Assembly (NCBI RefSeq): GCF_964194155.1
Contig: NC_135885.1
Location: forward strand, 126,976,001 to 127,040,000
Origin: Cetorhinus maximus
Taxonomy: Eukaryota
Reading direction: 5' to 3'
DNA: 64,000 nt
The position numbers were made by a program, and so were the translations under genes. Every line of letters begins with the position of its first letter. Positions within the stretch are counted from its first letter, which is position 1. Shown here one piece after another: positions 12,569-23,704 of the stretch. The notes under the pieces are model-generated. The model worked only from the letters and a program-made list of their open reading frames with translations. It had not been told where the DNA came from and searched no databases.

Positions 12569-15500
12569 GGAGGAAGGTGATGGGGAAGTGGTATTGTTAC
12601 TAGAATAGTAATCCAGAGACCCAGGGTAAAGCTGTGGGGACCTGGGTTTGAATCCAGCCACGGTAGATGGTGGAATTTTTAATTCAATAAAAATCTGGAA
12701 TTAAAAGCCTAATGATAACCATGAATGACCATGAAACCATTGTCAATTGTTGTAAAAAACCCATCTGGTGTGTTAATGTCCTTTAGGGAACAAAATCTAC
12801 CATCCTTACGTGGTCTGGCCTACATGTGACTCCAGACTCACAGCAATGTGGCTGACTCTTAAATGCCCTCTGAAATGGCCCAGCAAGCCACTCACCGCTA
12901 TTAAGTCACAAAAAAGGAATGAAACTGGAAGGACTACTCGGCATCAACCTAGGCACTGGAAACGACAACGGCAATCTGAGCCCTGTAGATCCTGCAAAGC
13001 CCTCTTTATTAAAATCTGGGGGTAACTGCCCAAATTGGGAGAGCTCTCTCACAGACTAGTCAAGTAACAGCCTGACATAGTCATTCTCACGGAATCACAT
13101 CTTACAGATAATGTCCCAGACAGCACCATGACCACCTCTGGGTGACAAGACAGACCAGTGGGACAGGGTATACTCAGCAGAGGTGATGGCACCGTGGTAT
13201 ACAGTCACGAGGGAGATGTCCTGGGAGTCCTCAACATCGACTCCAGATCCCATGAAGTCTCATGGCATCAGGTCAAACATGGCCACCCTCCCTCAGCTGA
13301 TGAATCAGTCCTCCTCCATGTTGAACAAAACTTGGATGAAGCACTGAGGGTGGCAAGGGCACAGAATGTACTCTGGTTGGGGGGCTTCAATATCCATCAC
13401 CGAGAGTGGCTCAGTAGCACCACTACTGACCGAGCTGGCCGAGTCCTAAATGACATATCTGCTAGACTGGGTCTGTGGCAGGTGGTGAGTGAACTAACAA
13501 GGGGGAAAGACATACTTGACCTCATCCTCACCAACCTCCTTTGTGTTGTGTGGCACTACCACCGTGCTAAATGGGATAGATTTTGAACAGATCTAGCAAC
13601 TCAAGAAAGGGCATCCATTAGGTGCTGTGGGCCAACAGCAGCAGCAGAATTGTAACCTCTTGGCCTGGCATATTCTCCACTCTACTATTACCATCAAGTG
13701 AGGGGATCAACCCTGGTTCAATGAAGAGTGCAGGAGGGCATGCCAGGAGCAGCACCAGGCATACCCATAAATGAGGTGTCAACCTGGTGAAGCTACAACA
13801 CAGGACTACTTGCATGCCAAACAGCATAAGTAGCAAGTGGTAGACAGGGCTAAGCGATCCCACAACCAATGGATCAAATCTGCTCTGTGGTCCTGCCACA
13901 TCCAATCGTGAATGGTGGTGGACAATTAAACAACTCACTGGAAGAGGAGTCTCGACAAATAGCCCCATCCTCAATGATGGAGAGCCCAGCACATCAGTGC
14001 AAAATATAAGGCTGAAGGATTTTCCAGAACCTTCAGCCAGAAGTGCAGAGTGGATGATCTATCTCGGCCTCCTCCAAAGGTCCCCAGCATCACAGATACC
14101 AGGCTTCAGCCAATTTGATTCACTCCACATGATATCAAGAAACAGATGAAGGCACTAGATACTGCAAAGGATATGGGCCCTGACAATATTCTGGCAATAG
14201 TACTGAAGGCTTGTCCTTCAGAGCTTGCCATGCCCCTAGCCAAGCTGTTCTAGTACAGCTACATCACTGGCATTTACCCGGCAATGTGGAAAATTGCCCT
14301 GGTATGCCCTGTACACAAAAAGCACGACAAATCCAACCTGGCCAATTCCTGCCTCAACAGTCCACTTCCGATCATCAGAAAAGTAATGGAAAGGGTCATC
14401 AACAGTGCTATCAAGCGGCACTTGCTTAGCAATAACCTGCTCACTGACACCCAGTTTGTGTTCCGCCAGGGCCAGTCAGCACTTGACCTCATTACAATCT
14501 TGGTTCAAACATGGACAAAAGAGCTGAACTCCCAAGGTGAGGTGAGAGTGACTGCCCTTGACATCAAAGGCCACATTTGACCGACTGTGGCATCAAGGAG
14601 CCCTAGCAAACTGGAATCAATGGGAATCAGGGGGAAAACTCTTAGCTGGTTGGAGTCACACCTAGCACAAATGAAGATGGTTGTGGTTGTTGGAGGTCAG
14701 TCATCTCAGTTCCAGGACATCACTGCAGCAGTTCCTCAGGATAGTGTCCTCGGCCCAACCACCTTCAGCTGCTTCATCAATGACCTTCCTTCCATCATAA
14801 GGTCAGGAGTGGGGATGTTCGCTGATGATTGCACAATGTTCAGCACCATTCGCGGCTCCTCAGATACTGAAGCAGTTCATGTCTAAATACAGCAAAGACC
14901 TGGACAATATTCAGGCTTGGGCTGACAAGTGGCAAGTAACATTCACGCCACTCAAGTGTCAGGCAATGACCATCTCAAACAAGAGAGAATCCAACCATCG
15001 CGCCTTGATGTTCAATGGCATTATCATCACTGAATCCTCCACTATCAATATGCTGGGAATTACTATTGACCAGAAACTGAACTGGACTAGCCATAGAAAT
15101 ACTGTGGCTACAAGAGCAGGCCAGAGGCTAGGAATCCTGTGACGAATAACTCACCTCCTGACTCCCCAAAACTTATCCACCATCTATAAGGCACAAGTTA
15201 GGAGCATGGTGGAGCGCTCACCACTTACCTGGATGAGTGCAGTTGCCACAACATTCAAGAAGCTTGACACTGTCCAGGACAAAGCAGCCCACTTGATTGG
15301 CACCACATCCACAAACATTCACTCCTTCCACCACCGACACAGCTGTGTGCACCATCTACAAGATGCATTGCATGATTTCACCTAGGCTCCTCAACAACAC
15401 CTTCTAAACCCACGACCACTACCATCTAGAAGGACAAGGGCAGCAGATAGAGATGGGAATACCACCACCTGGAAGCTCCCCTCCAAGTCACGCACCATCC

Positions 15501-15711
15501 TGATTTGGAACTATATCACCGTTCCTTCACTGTCACTGGGTCAAATTCCTGGAAATCCCTTCCTAACAGCACTTTTGGCCTACCTACGCCACACGGATTT
15601 CAGCGGTTCAAGAAGGCAGCTCACCACCACCTCCTCAAGGACAACTAGGGACAGTCAGTAAACACTGGCCCAGCCAGCGAAGCCCACATCCTGTGATGAT
15701 ATATAAAAAAA
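12569..15711 (+). mobile_element. Near-full-length decayed CR1-group LINE with a tRNA-derived 5' head (APE endonuclease + reverse transcriptase)
   Basis: A-box-like 12581-12591 and B-box GGTTTGAATCC 12645-12655. APE motifs PDIVILTES, GGFNIHH, ILDLILTN. RT motifs QFVFRQGQS, TALDIK, VPQDSVLGP, FADD. A-rich 3' tail. Many stops and frameshifts. Confidence 0.9.
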
Positions 15712-16212
15712 CGCACCTCATCTTCTGACTAGGTAATTTAAAACCTTCTGGACTCAATATTGAGTTCAACAACTTCAGACCATGAACTGTGTCTTCCACT
15801 TTGAAGTTTTTTTATTTCCCCATGTGCCAGTTTATATGCTATTTTCATGTTTTTGCTTTCAGACAGAGCTGCCCTTTACTCTGTTATTAATACCTACTCT
15901 GGAACAATGTTTTGTTCCTTTACTACTACACTTATTGTTCCCTTTGCCCTTTGTTCCATGACATCTTTGATATTTAACCTCCCCTGCCCCTCTAACCTAT
16001 CCCTGACCTTCCCTTTTGTTCCAACTGACCCCCCTCTCCACTTTTTCAAGAGCACAAAGCACAACACATTTCTACTTCTCTTTAGTTCTGTAGAAGAGTC
16101 ATTTTGGACACAGAATGTTTCTCTCTCCACAGATGCTGCCAGACCTGCTGAATTTTTCCAGCACTTTGCCTTTATTTCAGATGTCCAGCATCTGCAGTAT
16201 TTTGCTTTTATT
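15712..16212 (+). mobile_element. Penelope-like element 3' end (continuation of 11627-11797)
   Basis: HLIF...PSGLNIEFNNFR, then 3' UTR with a decayed hammerhead at 16084-16120 and the CACAGATGCTGCCAGACCTGCTGA tail. Confidence 0.85.
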
Positions 16213-16665
16213 AAATCAGTTCTTTACTGGATAGGTCTTCCTACTGTCCCACTACCAGCTTGACTGGGTGTCTCTGTATTGAGTAAGAGTTACTTTGTGA
16301 AGCTTTTGCACAACTACTGATGCTATTTTTATGATCTACCATCCCCCAGTGAGTGTTCTATTTATATATAAAAACCATGTTTTACTGACCTCAGGGCTTG
16401 AATTTTACTCTTAGTGGGCGGCTGGGCGGGAAACAGGCCATCGCCCACGATTGGCCCCTGATCACGATTTCATGCTGGCCATCCAATCAAGGCCCGCTCA
16501 GCTTGAAACGCTCCTTCCCAATGGTCAGGAAGATGTGGGCTGGGGCCGGTGCCTGTCTGCTGCCGGGTCCAATGGTGACCTAGCAGCCTGTTTAAAAACG
16601 GCACAGGCAGCTCCTTGAAGGCTGCCAGGGAAGAACATATCTGCAGCATTGTGAACACTCAAGTT

Positions 16666-18509
16666 ATGGCCTCAAGTGCGGCTGGAGACGCCAGGTGAGA
16701 GGGCAGGTCAGGTGGACACTCGGCACCCCAGTTTTAGGATGGGTGCCTCGCGGTCCTCCTGGAGGAGGTGGCTGCCAGGAGGGACACCCTTCTTCCCAGG
16801 GATAGAAGGAGGAGGCCACCTCACCCCATCAAAAAGAGATTGGGAAGAGGTGGCAGCACAGGTCAGCAGTCATGACATTGTGCGGCGCACATGGGTGCAG
16901 TGCCGCAACAGGTTTAATGACCTGCTGATCTCAGGGAGGGTGAGTATCTTGTTGGCATGGGTCAGTGTTGAAGTGGTAAGGGATGGCCATCCCCCCTGGA
17001 GCTCAGGGGTATTAGAGTCTGAGTGCCAACTGTCAATGATGCCGGAGCTGGCCAAGGGGGTGAGCCCTGGCTGATTGGACTGAGTGCCTTGCGGCTCGAG
17101 GGCTTGGATGTGCCCTGCAAGGTGTGCCTCAGATGGGGTTGGCTACAATGGTGCTGCAGGTAGAGAGTGGACTAATCCATGCTCCTCTGTCCATTCAGGA
17201 GAAGATGACCCATAACAACATTGAAAATTCACAATCAGGCTGAGGACCCCCCAAACTTCCTAATCCTATCCAGATTCAAGCAGGACGCCTTGGAGCTGGA
17301 GAGGCTCTACACACCCGGTCAACCGGCCATGGAGGGACTGAGGTGCCAGGCGAAGGTAAGAGTGCAGTGCGCAGAGCTGAGAGTTTCGGATGGTGCAAAC
17401 ATTCTTGTGTAGCCTCATCATTAATGGGAACCTCAAAACTGGATTCCCCATTGATCATTGAATGACAATGGCAACATGATGCAGACCTCCATTGTCCCAC
17501 CAAGGTGCCTGGCATGCACAGTGATGGTGTGATGACTTAAACTAATGATATCTTGTTGTTCTCCCTTCAATTCGCCAGCACGCACTCAATCGCAGGACCC
17601 CAAAGAGCCATCCCTGATGCTGAAGAACCGCACCTTCATCACACCCGCTCGCTGAACCAGGCACCAGCGCAGATACCAGCACCTCGGTGGGCATTAGATC
17701 CTTGGCTTGAATGTTGGAGCACAGCGGTGAGGGCACTTCACACTCGCTTGAGGAGCAGGAAGAAGTAGAGAGTGCATGGGGCGTTGACAGTCAGAGGACT
17801 GCTGGAGACCAGAACAATGCTAAGTTGAAGGCAAATGATGAGCCTCCATCAAGCGGCAGATGTTGGATTTCCAGCGGGATGTGGGAAGACCTGGTGGAGA
17901 TCCATGAGGGTATGCATGCCATGGACTCTGCTGTTTAGGAGTCCTTGCGGAGCATAGGCACTGTGTTGACCCTCATGGCTGAGTGCACTGCCTCCTCCAT
18001 TGAGAGAGTGGCGTATCTCATGGAGAGGCAGCTCCAGGAACAGAATCAGACGTTCCTGGGGTTGCACTTGGCCTTGCAAGCACTAACACAAGTACTGGCC
18101 TCAGGTGGTCAGTGCCACTGTGGGAGATGGTTGAGGTACTCAGTATCCCAACTAGGTACCCGTCCATCCACGGTGAGCAGGGAGGCCCAGAGTGACCTTG
18201 GCGCACGAGCTTCTTGTTGTCTCTGCGGGTTCTTCTCAGGGCGTTCTGGATGACAGCAGCAGCTCTTCTGCCTCTCTGCCAGTGACCGTGGCATCTGATG
18301 GGGCTGTGATGACTGGGGAGATGTCAGCCATGGCACTGGCCACTCCCTCCGAGGCAGGACCAGCACAGCCTTCACTGGCCAGAGGACAACCGCTAAGGTC
18401 ATCAAGGCCAACAAGACACCAGAGCCAGCAGGGTGCCTCCAATGCCACTAGCAGCAAGGCAGGAGTAACAAGATGTAGCACTCACAAATGAAAGTTTAAG
18501 CCACCATGA
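16666..18509 (+). pseudogene. Harbinger Myb/SANT DNA-binding protein gene, three exons (about 16666-16939, 17199-17355, 17571-18509)
   Basis: WEEVAAQVSSHDIVRRTWVQCRNRFNDLL, then GTGAGT donor at 16940, TTCAG acceptor at 17198, GTAAG donor at 17356 and a mutated acceptor (TTCAA) at 17570. Coiled-coil-like stretch TASSIERVAYLMERQLQEQNQ. Confidence 0.8.
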
Positions 18510-18825
18510 GCACAAGAGGGACTGGTCACAGGTGATCTCCTGTTCTAAAATGCTTTGTTTATTTTTACTGGTCTGGGAATGAAGACCAGAGAAGGTTATG
18601 TTAGTTTTTTTGGATTGTCAAAATGAGATAAATTTTATTTTTGCCTTAATGGCTTGAGTATGCTTCAACTTTTTTTTTGATTCAGGGCACACCTGTATGA
18701 AATGTTGGACGTGATTGGCTCTAAACTTTATTGCACAGGCACCGAGTGGACTTTGGATTCAAATGAAAGGTTCATTTCAGACATCCCGGCTGGAGGCAGC
18801 AGCCCTGGCATGAGGTGGAAGCAGC

Positions 18826-20022
18826 CTAGGTGAAGGAGCATTGGATCAAGGTGTCCCTGGTAAGCTTGCCACCCTGAAGGATACAGAGGTCTGCCTCCAT
18901 GCCCTCAGTGTTCTCCTCACTGTGCTCCCCTTCTGACTCAGCACTTGATTCATCCTCTGTGGCCTGTGGAGCTACGTCAAGGTCTTCTTCCTCCAGTGTG
19001 TCCCCCCTTGCCAGTACCAGATTGTGGAGAGTGCAGCATGCAACCACTATCAGTGACAGCTGCACTGTGGGGTATTGTAGTGCTCCTCTTGAACAGTCCA
19101 GGCATTGGAAGCGCATCTTCAGGAGACCTATGGTCATCTATCACTGCCCTTGTGGAGGAATGACTCCTATTCTTGGGCGGCAGAGGCGCATCATGAGCCA
19201 CCTTTTCAACGTATAGCCCTTGTCACCCAGCAGCCATCCATCTAATCGGGCTGGAGCACTGAAGAGCCTCAGCACCTGTGAGTGCCTCAGCATATAAGCG
19301 TCATGGGAGCTGCCAGGGTACCATGCACAGACTTGCAGAATCTGCATCCTGTGGTCACACACTATCTGGATGTTCATGGAGTGGAATCCCTTCCAGTTGA
19401 TGAAGGCACCCGGCTGACCCGCTGGCATCTTGATGGCCACGTGTGTCGTCGATTGCACCCTGGATGTGGAGGAAGCCATTAATCACCACAAAGCCTCTGG
19501 CTCATTCAGCCCGGTTGGCCTCGTCTGTATGGAAATGAACAAATGTCATTACCTGCCTGAACAGGGCTTCTGTCACCAGTTTGATGCAACTGTGGACAGC
19601 TGATTGGGAGATTCCACGCAGATCCCCCACTGAGCTCTGCAACGAGCCGGAGGCATAGAAGTTGAGGGCCACTGTGACCTTCAGAGCCACTGGAATGGCG
19701 TTTCCACTCACAGAGTTGGAGGTGATCTCAGGTCCAACCATCTGACAAATGGAGGCCACAGTCTCCATGGAGAGGCAGAGCCTCCTTCGCCATTGCACCT
19801 TAGACATATTGAGGTAGCTGTATCGCCGCCTGTAAACCCTGGCAGCAGGACAGTGGAGTCTTCTGCGGCCCCTTCGGCTTGGACTACCAGCTGGCCCTGT
19901 GCCCGCTGTGCCTCCGCCTCTCCTCCCACAGGTCCCTCCCCTGGAAGCTGCATTGGGACACCTGGCCTGACCCTCTCTTCCTCCTCAGAGGAGGTGCCAC
20001 CAGCGGAGAGCATAATCCCCAT
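18826..20022 (-). pseudogene. Harbinger DDE transposase (HARBI1-like), disrupted
   Basis: ORF pieces 19502-19807, 19141-19479 (KGFHSMNIQIVCDH, YPGSSHDAY, LLGDKGY) and 18826-19137 (IGLLKMRFQCLD, ACCTLHNL, acidic tail). Confidence 0.92.
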
Positions 20023-20764
20023 TACCAGGGTAACAGAAGGCTGTCTGATACCTGGAAGGGCCCACACGGTTAAAATTCTCCAGGGACCTTGGAGGCACCA
20101 ATGAATCCTGAAATGAAGCCTGGAAATGCTAAGAATGAAGCTTAGAACTGAGATGAAGCTATCAAGTTCATATAAGCAACCAGCAGTAAAATACCTCCTG
20201 AACCCTTCAATACTCACAATGGTAATGCTGCTGACCCTTTTTACCCTGCCCTTGGGTGAGGTTCTGCAAAATGTGGGCTGCCCACCTGCCCAATTTGCCT
20301 GTGCAACGAGTGCAAAATTACACGGGCAACGTAAAATTAGGTTCAATTGGGTTTTTAGTGGCCTTAAGTGGCCTCTTAATTGATGGCAGGTGTAGCTCCG
20401 ACATCTGCGCGCACCCGCCGACCTGAAGATTGCATATGCGCGGGGTGACACCGGGACACTCGCCCGACATCTTCTCACGTTATTTTATGCCCAATCGGGT
20501 CGGGCACACGCCTGCCCGCAAGATGTAAAATTCTGCCCTAGAACTGTCTCACGTTTACAGCTAAGGATGAATACAGGCAGTGTGAAGACATTTATGGGGA
20601 ATATAAAGCAGTGAGTATGAACTCCTGCTTTGAACTTCACAGGAGTAATTTCAACTTTGGGTGATATCTAAGTTTGCAGGTGACATTTAACAGAAAATTG
20701 CAGACAGAAATACAAGTGATAACTACTTTCAGTGCACAGAGTGATAGCTCTATGAAGAAAAATT

Positions 20765-21214
20765 AATGACTTGCATTTGTATAGCACCTTTCATAACCAC
20801 AGAGCATCCCAAAGTGCTTTACAGCCAACAAAGTATTTTTGAAGTGTAGACACTGTTGTAATGTGGAAAATAGGGCAGCCAATTTACACACAGCAAGCTC
20901 TCACAAACAAAAATAATTGGGCAATTTTTTTTTGTGTTGTTGATTGAGGGAGAAATAGTGGTCAGGACACCAAGGATAACTTCCCTGCTCTTCTTCAAGG
21001 TATTGGTATGGGATCTTTTACATCCACCTGAGAAGGCAGCTGATGTCTTGGTTTAATATCTCATCTGAAAGCCGGCATCTCCAGCAGTGCAGCACTCCCT
21101 CAATACTGCAATGCAGTGTCAGTCTAGATTTTGTGCTCAGGTCTCTGGCACAGTATTGAACCCACTGCCTTGTGACTCAGAGGTGAGAGTGCTACCCACT
21201 GAGCTACAGCTGAC
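20765..21214 (-). mobile_element. DeuSINE (SacSINE1-like): tRNA head + Deu domain + L2-type tail
   Basis: Minus strand starts GTCAGCTGTAGCTCAGTGGGTAGCACTCTC...GGGTTCAATAC (A/B boxes). Central Deu-domain-like block GAGTGCTGCACTGCTGGAGATGCCGGCTTTCAGATGAGATATTAAACC...AAAAGATCCCAT. Tail ...GGTGCTATACAAATGCAAGTC. Confidence 0.85.
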
Positions 21215-21670
21215 ACGAATCGTCAACTCCACGCTCAGACTTTTAAGAAAGGCTAAAGACCTCTCACTTCCCAAATTAAAATTGAGGCTTCAGTGTTTCT
21301 CTTCCCCGTTCCATCTGGGCACAGAAATAGCTCATCACCTTTCTATAGCTATACAATTTTTTTATACAGACTATTTTAAAATCCTGGCTGTAATTATAAA
21401 CAGAGAAGATGTAATTACTCTCTCTCTAAATATATGACAAATAAGCACATTTTATAATTTTGTTGTGACACCACATCAAGAAGTCTATAAAATTCACCTA
21501 TCAGCTTCTTTTACCATAGGAATTGTTCCAGGGGCCACAGATTATCCCAAAAAGGGGGCCAAACTCATAAGTCATTTTAAAGCAGCTTATTAAGAAGCAA
21601 CCGTTTAAATATTATGCATAAGCTGAATAGACAGAAAGGAGATAAGACCCGTGACAGGTGAGAACAGTTT

Positions 21671-22240
21671 TCAGGTCTGGGAGGGTGAATGAAGGGGTGA
21701 CACAGGGTGAGTGCTGACCTCATAGCTGGTGGTGGCAGTCCCTTTTGCTCTCAGTCTTCTTAAGCTAACCAAAGTGTTATGCAGCTCTCCTCCAGCCTTC
21801 CTCCATCCAAAGAAAACTGAAAACTTCCCTGCTGAGCAACAAGAAATATACCTTATTTCTAAAGTCTTGTGGGTGTACTGTATGGTCTACTTAAAGCTGC
21901 CATCCCTGTTTGATGGGGCATGCACAATCTGCCCGCACAATATATACAATAAGTGTTCATGAATATAGGCCCAAGGCCCAAGTGTCTTTCTGTGGGGTGG
22001 GCATTCCATGTCAATCAATTGTTCTGTCCAACTTATCCAATCACTGAAGAACAGGTGTTCAAGGTAAATCCCTCCCTTGCCTGAAGTCTTCTCATGGCTT
22101 ATCTCATGCTAGGACATCCTGTTTAACCTTTACTCAAACAGTTGGTTTACATGTGGGCCATGAGATCCAACATTAACAGATTTAAGAATGCCTTGTTTCA
22201 GATCTTTGCTAGAGTCATGCCCTTGGCAAAAATAACTGGC
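21671..22240 (-). pseudogene. Unidentified decayed ORF (about 190 codons), candidate endogenous viral gene
   Basis: One frame with only one internal stop (21887-21889) over the 145 codons 22108-21674: ...IYLEHLFFSDWISWTEQLIDMECPPHRKTLGPWAYIHEHLLYILCGQ.... No transposon motif recognised. Confidence 0.3.
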
Positions 22241-22342
22241 CTATGTTTGTCAGCCTGGTTGCCTGCTGTAGGATTTTTCTTAGTGAGAGGGGCAAAAATT
22301 TCTATAATATTCAAGTATTATTTTTAACATTTTATAAGGTTA

Positions 22343-23260
22343 TGTTATGACGGAGCAGATGATGTGTGCCAGGTGGATCAAACCCATGAGGGAAACTTGA
22401 TCACGCAATCACAACTATTTTGCAATTCATATTTTATTTCGAGATGCGTGCCTTGAATTCAGAAGTAAGAAGACTACCACGACTTCAGAGCTTTTTAGAA
22501 AACTAAATCAAACATTTATTAACAAAAGAAAATATTTCAAGCACATCCATAGCTATTAATTACTACTATAATAACTCCGAAAACCCGTAATTAATCTGGC
22601 TCCCAGTTGCACCTCCATTAAGGCAACAGTAAAGACAAATAGATTTAAACAGTCCCAGGCAAAGCAACACAATACCCTGGATAAGAGAATTCAAAGTGAG
22701 TTGTCTCAGCTTTGGATCCTGTAGACAGCAACTTGATGCACAAAGGCTGGAGGCTTCTCACACTTGTGTTAGATCTTAGAATGCCGTCCCCCTGACACAT
22801 AGCCTCATCTCCTGTATACATGTTTCTCCCCTTTTAATGCAAGTTCTATTGTTCCTAGATGTTTTTGCAACTTTACCTTTCTCATAATATAAATCTTTTC
22901 ATAATGCTAATTTTATCAGTAACCTATGGGAAAAATAAACACACTGTTTGGCTTGACTTCTTCTGGCTAGGTGTAACATCTTTCCATCCCTTTGAAGTTC
23001 AAACTACTCTAATTTATCTGAAAATGCAAATTTTCTTTATGCTTCATATTCTAAAACTTCAGCCATGTTTACGTATTTAGTATTTCAAACTTAGCTTCTT
23101 GTTGATAACTCAAAGCCTCCAGACTAGCTGTCTCCAATTCAATCAAACCTCCCCACACACACACACATATACCCACAAAGAAACTAATCCAAACCCCACC
23201 ATTACTCACTTTTACAATAAATCAAATTAATATTATGAAAATTATTAGATTTTCTTGACA
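22343..23260 (-). mobile_element. Solo LTR, 918 bp
   Basis: TGTTATGA...TCTTGACA termini with a perfect 4-bp TSD GTTA (22339-22342 / 23261-23264). An uninterrupted homologous site is visible at about 36990-37018. Confidence 0.9.
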
Positions 23261-23704
23261 GTTACTAGAAAGCCATTTCTTACAGATCTCCCCACCTTGA
23301 GAAGGATATATCCTTATTAGCTTCACACAATTGGTTCTTGACTAAAATGGTTGGGCATCCCAATTTTTTCTCCCCCTGAGATCATTAAATTGTGGGAAGA
23401 AATGGGGAGATCACATTTCAGGGGTTGCCCTCTGCCAAACGCCGGGTGGCCCCCCCTGAAGTCGAACCTCCTTCCTTCCTACCCGCCGCCCCCTTTAAGC
23501 CCATGCCCTCGCCCCCCCCAGCCTTCTCACTAATCTATGCAAACCGTCCAAGCCCAAGACCCTGAACTGACCTGCTCCAGGTATCTATCTTCTTCTTCTG
23601 CTGCAGTCCCGGCAGCAGCCACTGATGGGTTTGTGGCACTGCCAGGACTAATGGAGCTTCGACCCAATGAGGGACGCAAGTCATTCTCGGCCCTCGTTAG
23701 GAGG

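Larger units (their letters stand above)
16394..20538. mobile_element. Full-length-sized decayed PIF/Harbinger transposon (about 4.1 kb)
   Basis: TIRs GGGCTTGAATTTTAC / GTAAAATTCTGCCC enclose two convergent genes (Myb/SANT on +, DDE transposase on -). Confidence 0.92.

Noticed and set aside
16391-20541. 3-bp target-site duplication for the 4.1-kb Harbinger
   Set aside because: The flanks (TCA/TAG or CAG/CTA) do not match, so no TSD is claimed.
21215-21225. ACGAA as a rhabdovirus-like genome terminus for the candidate viral locus
   Set aside because: Only five bases, and the first two probably belong to the adjacent SINE head.
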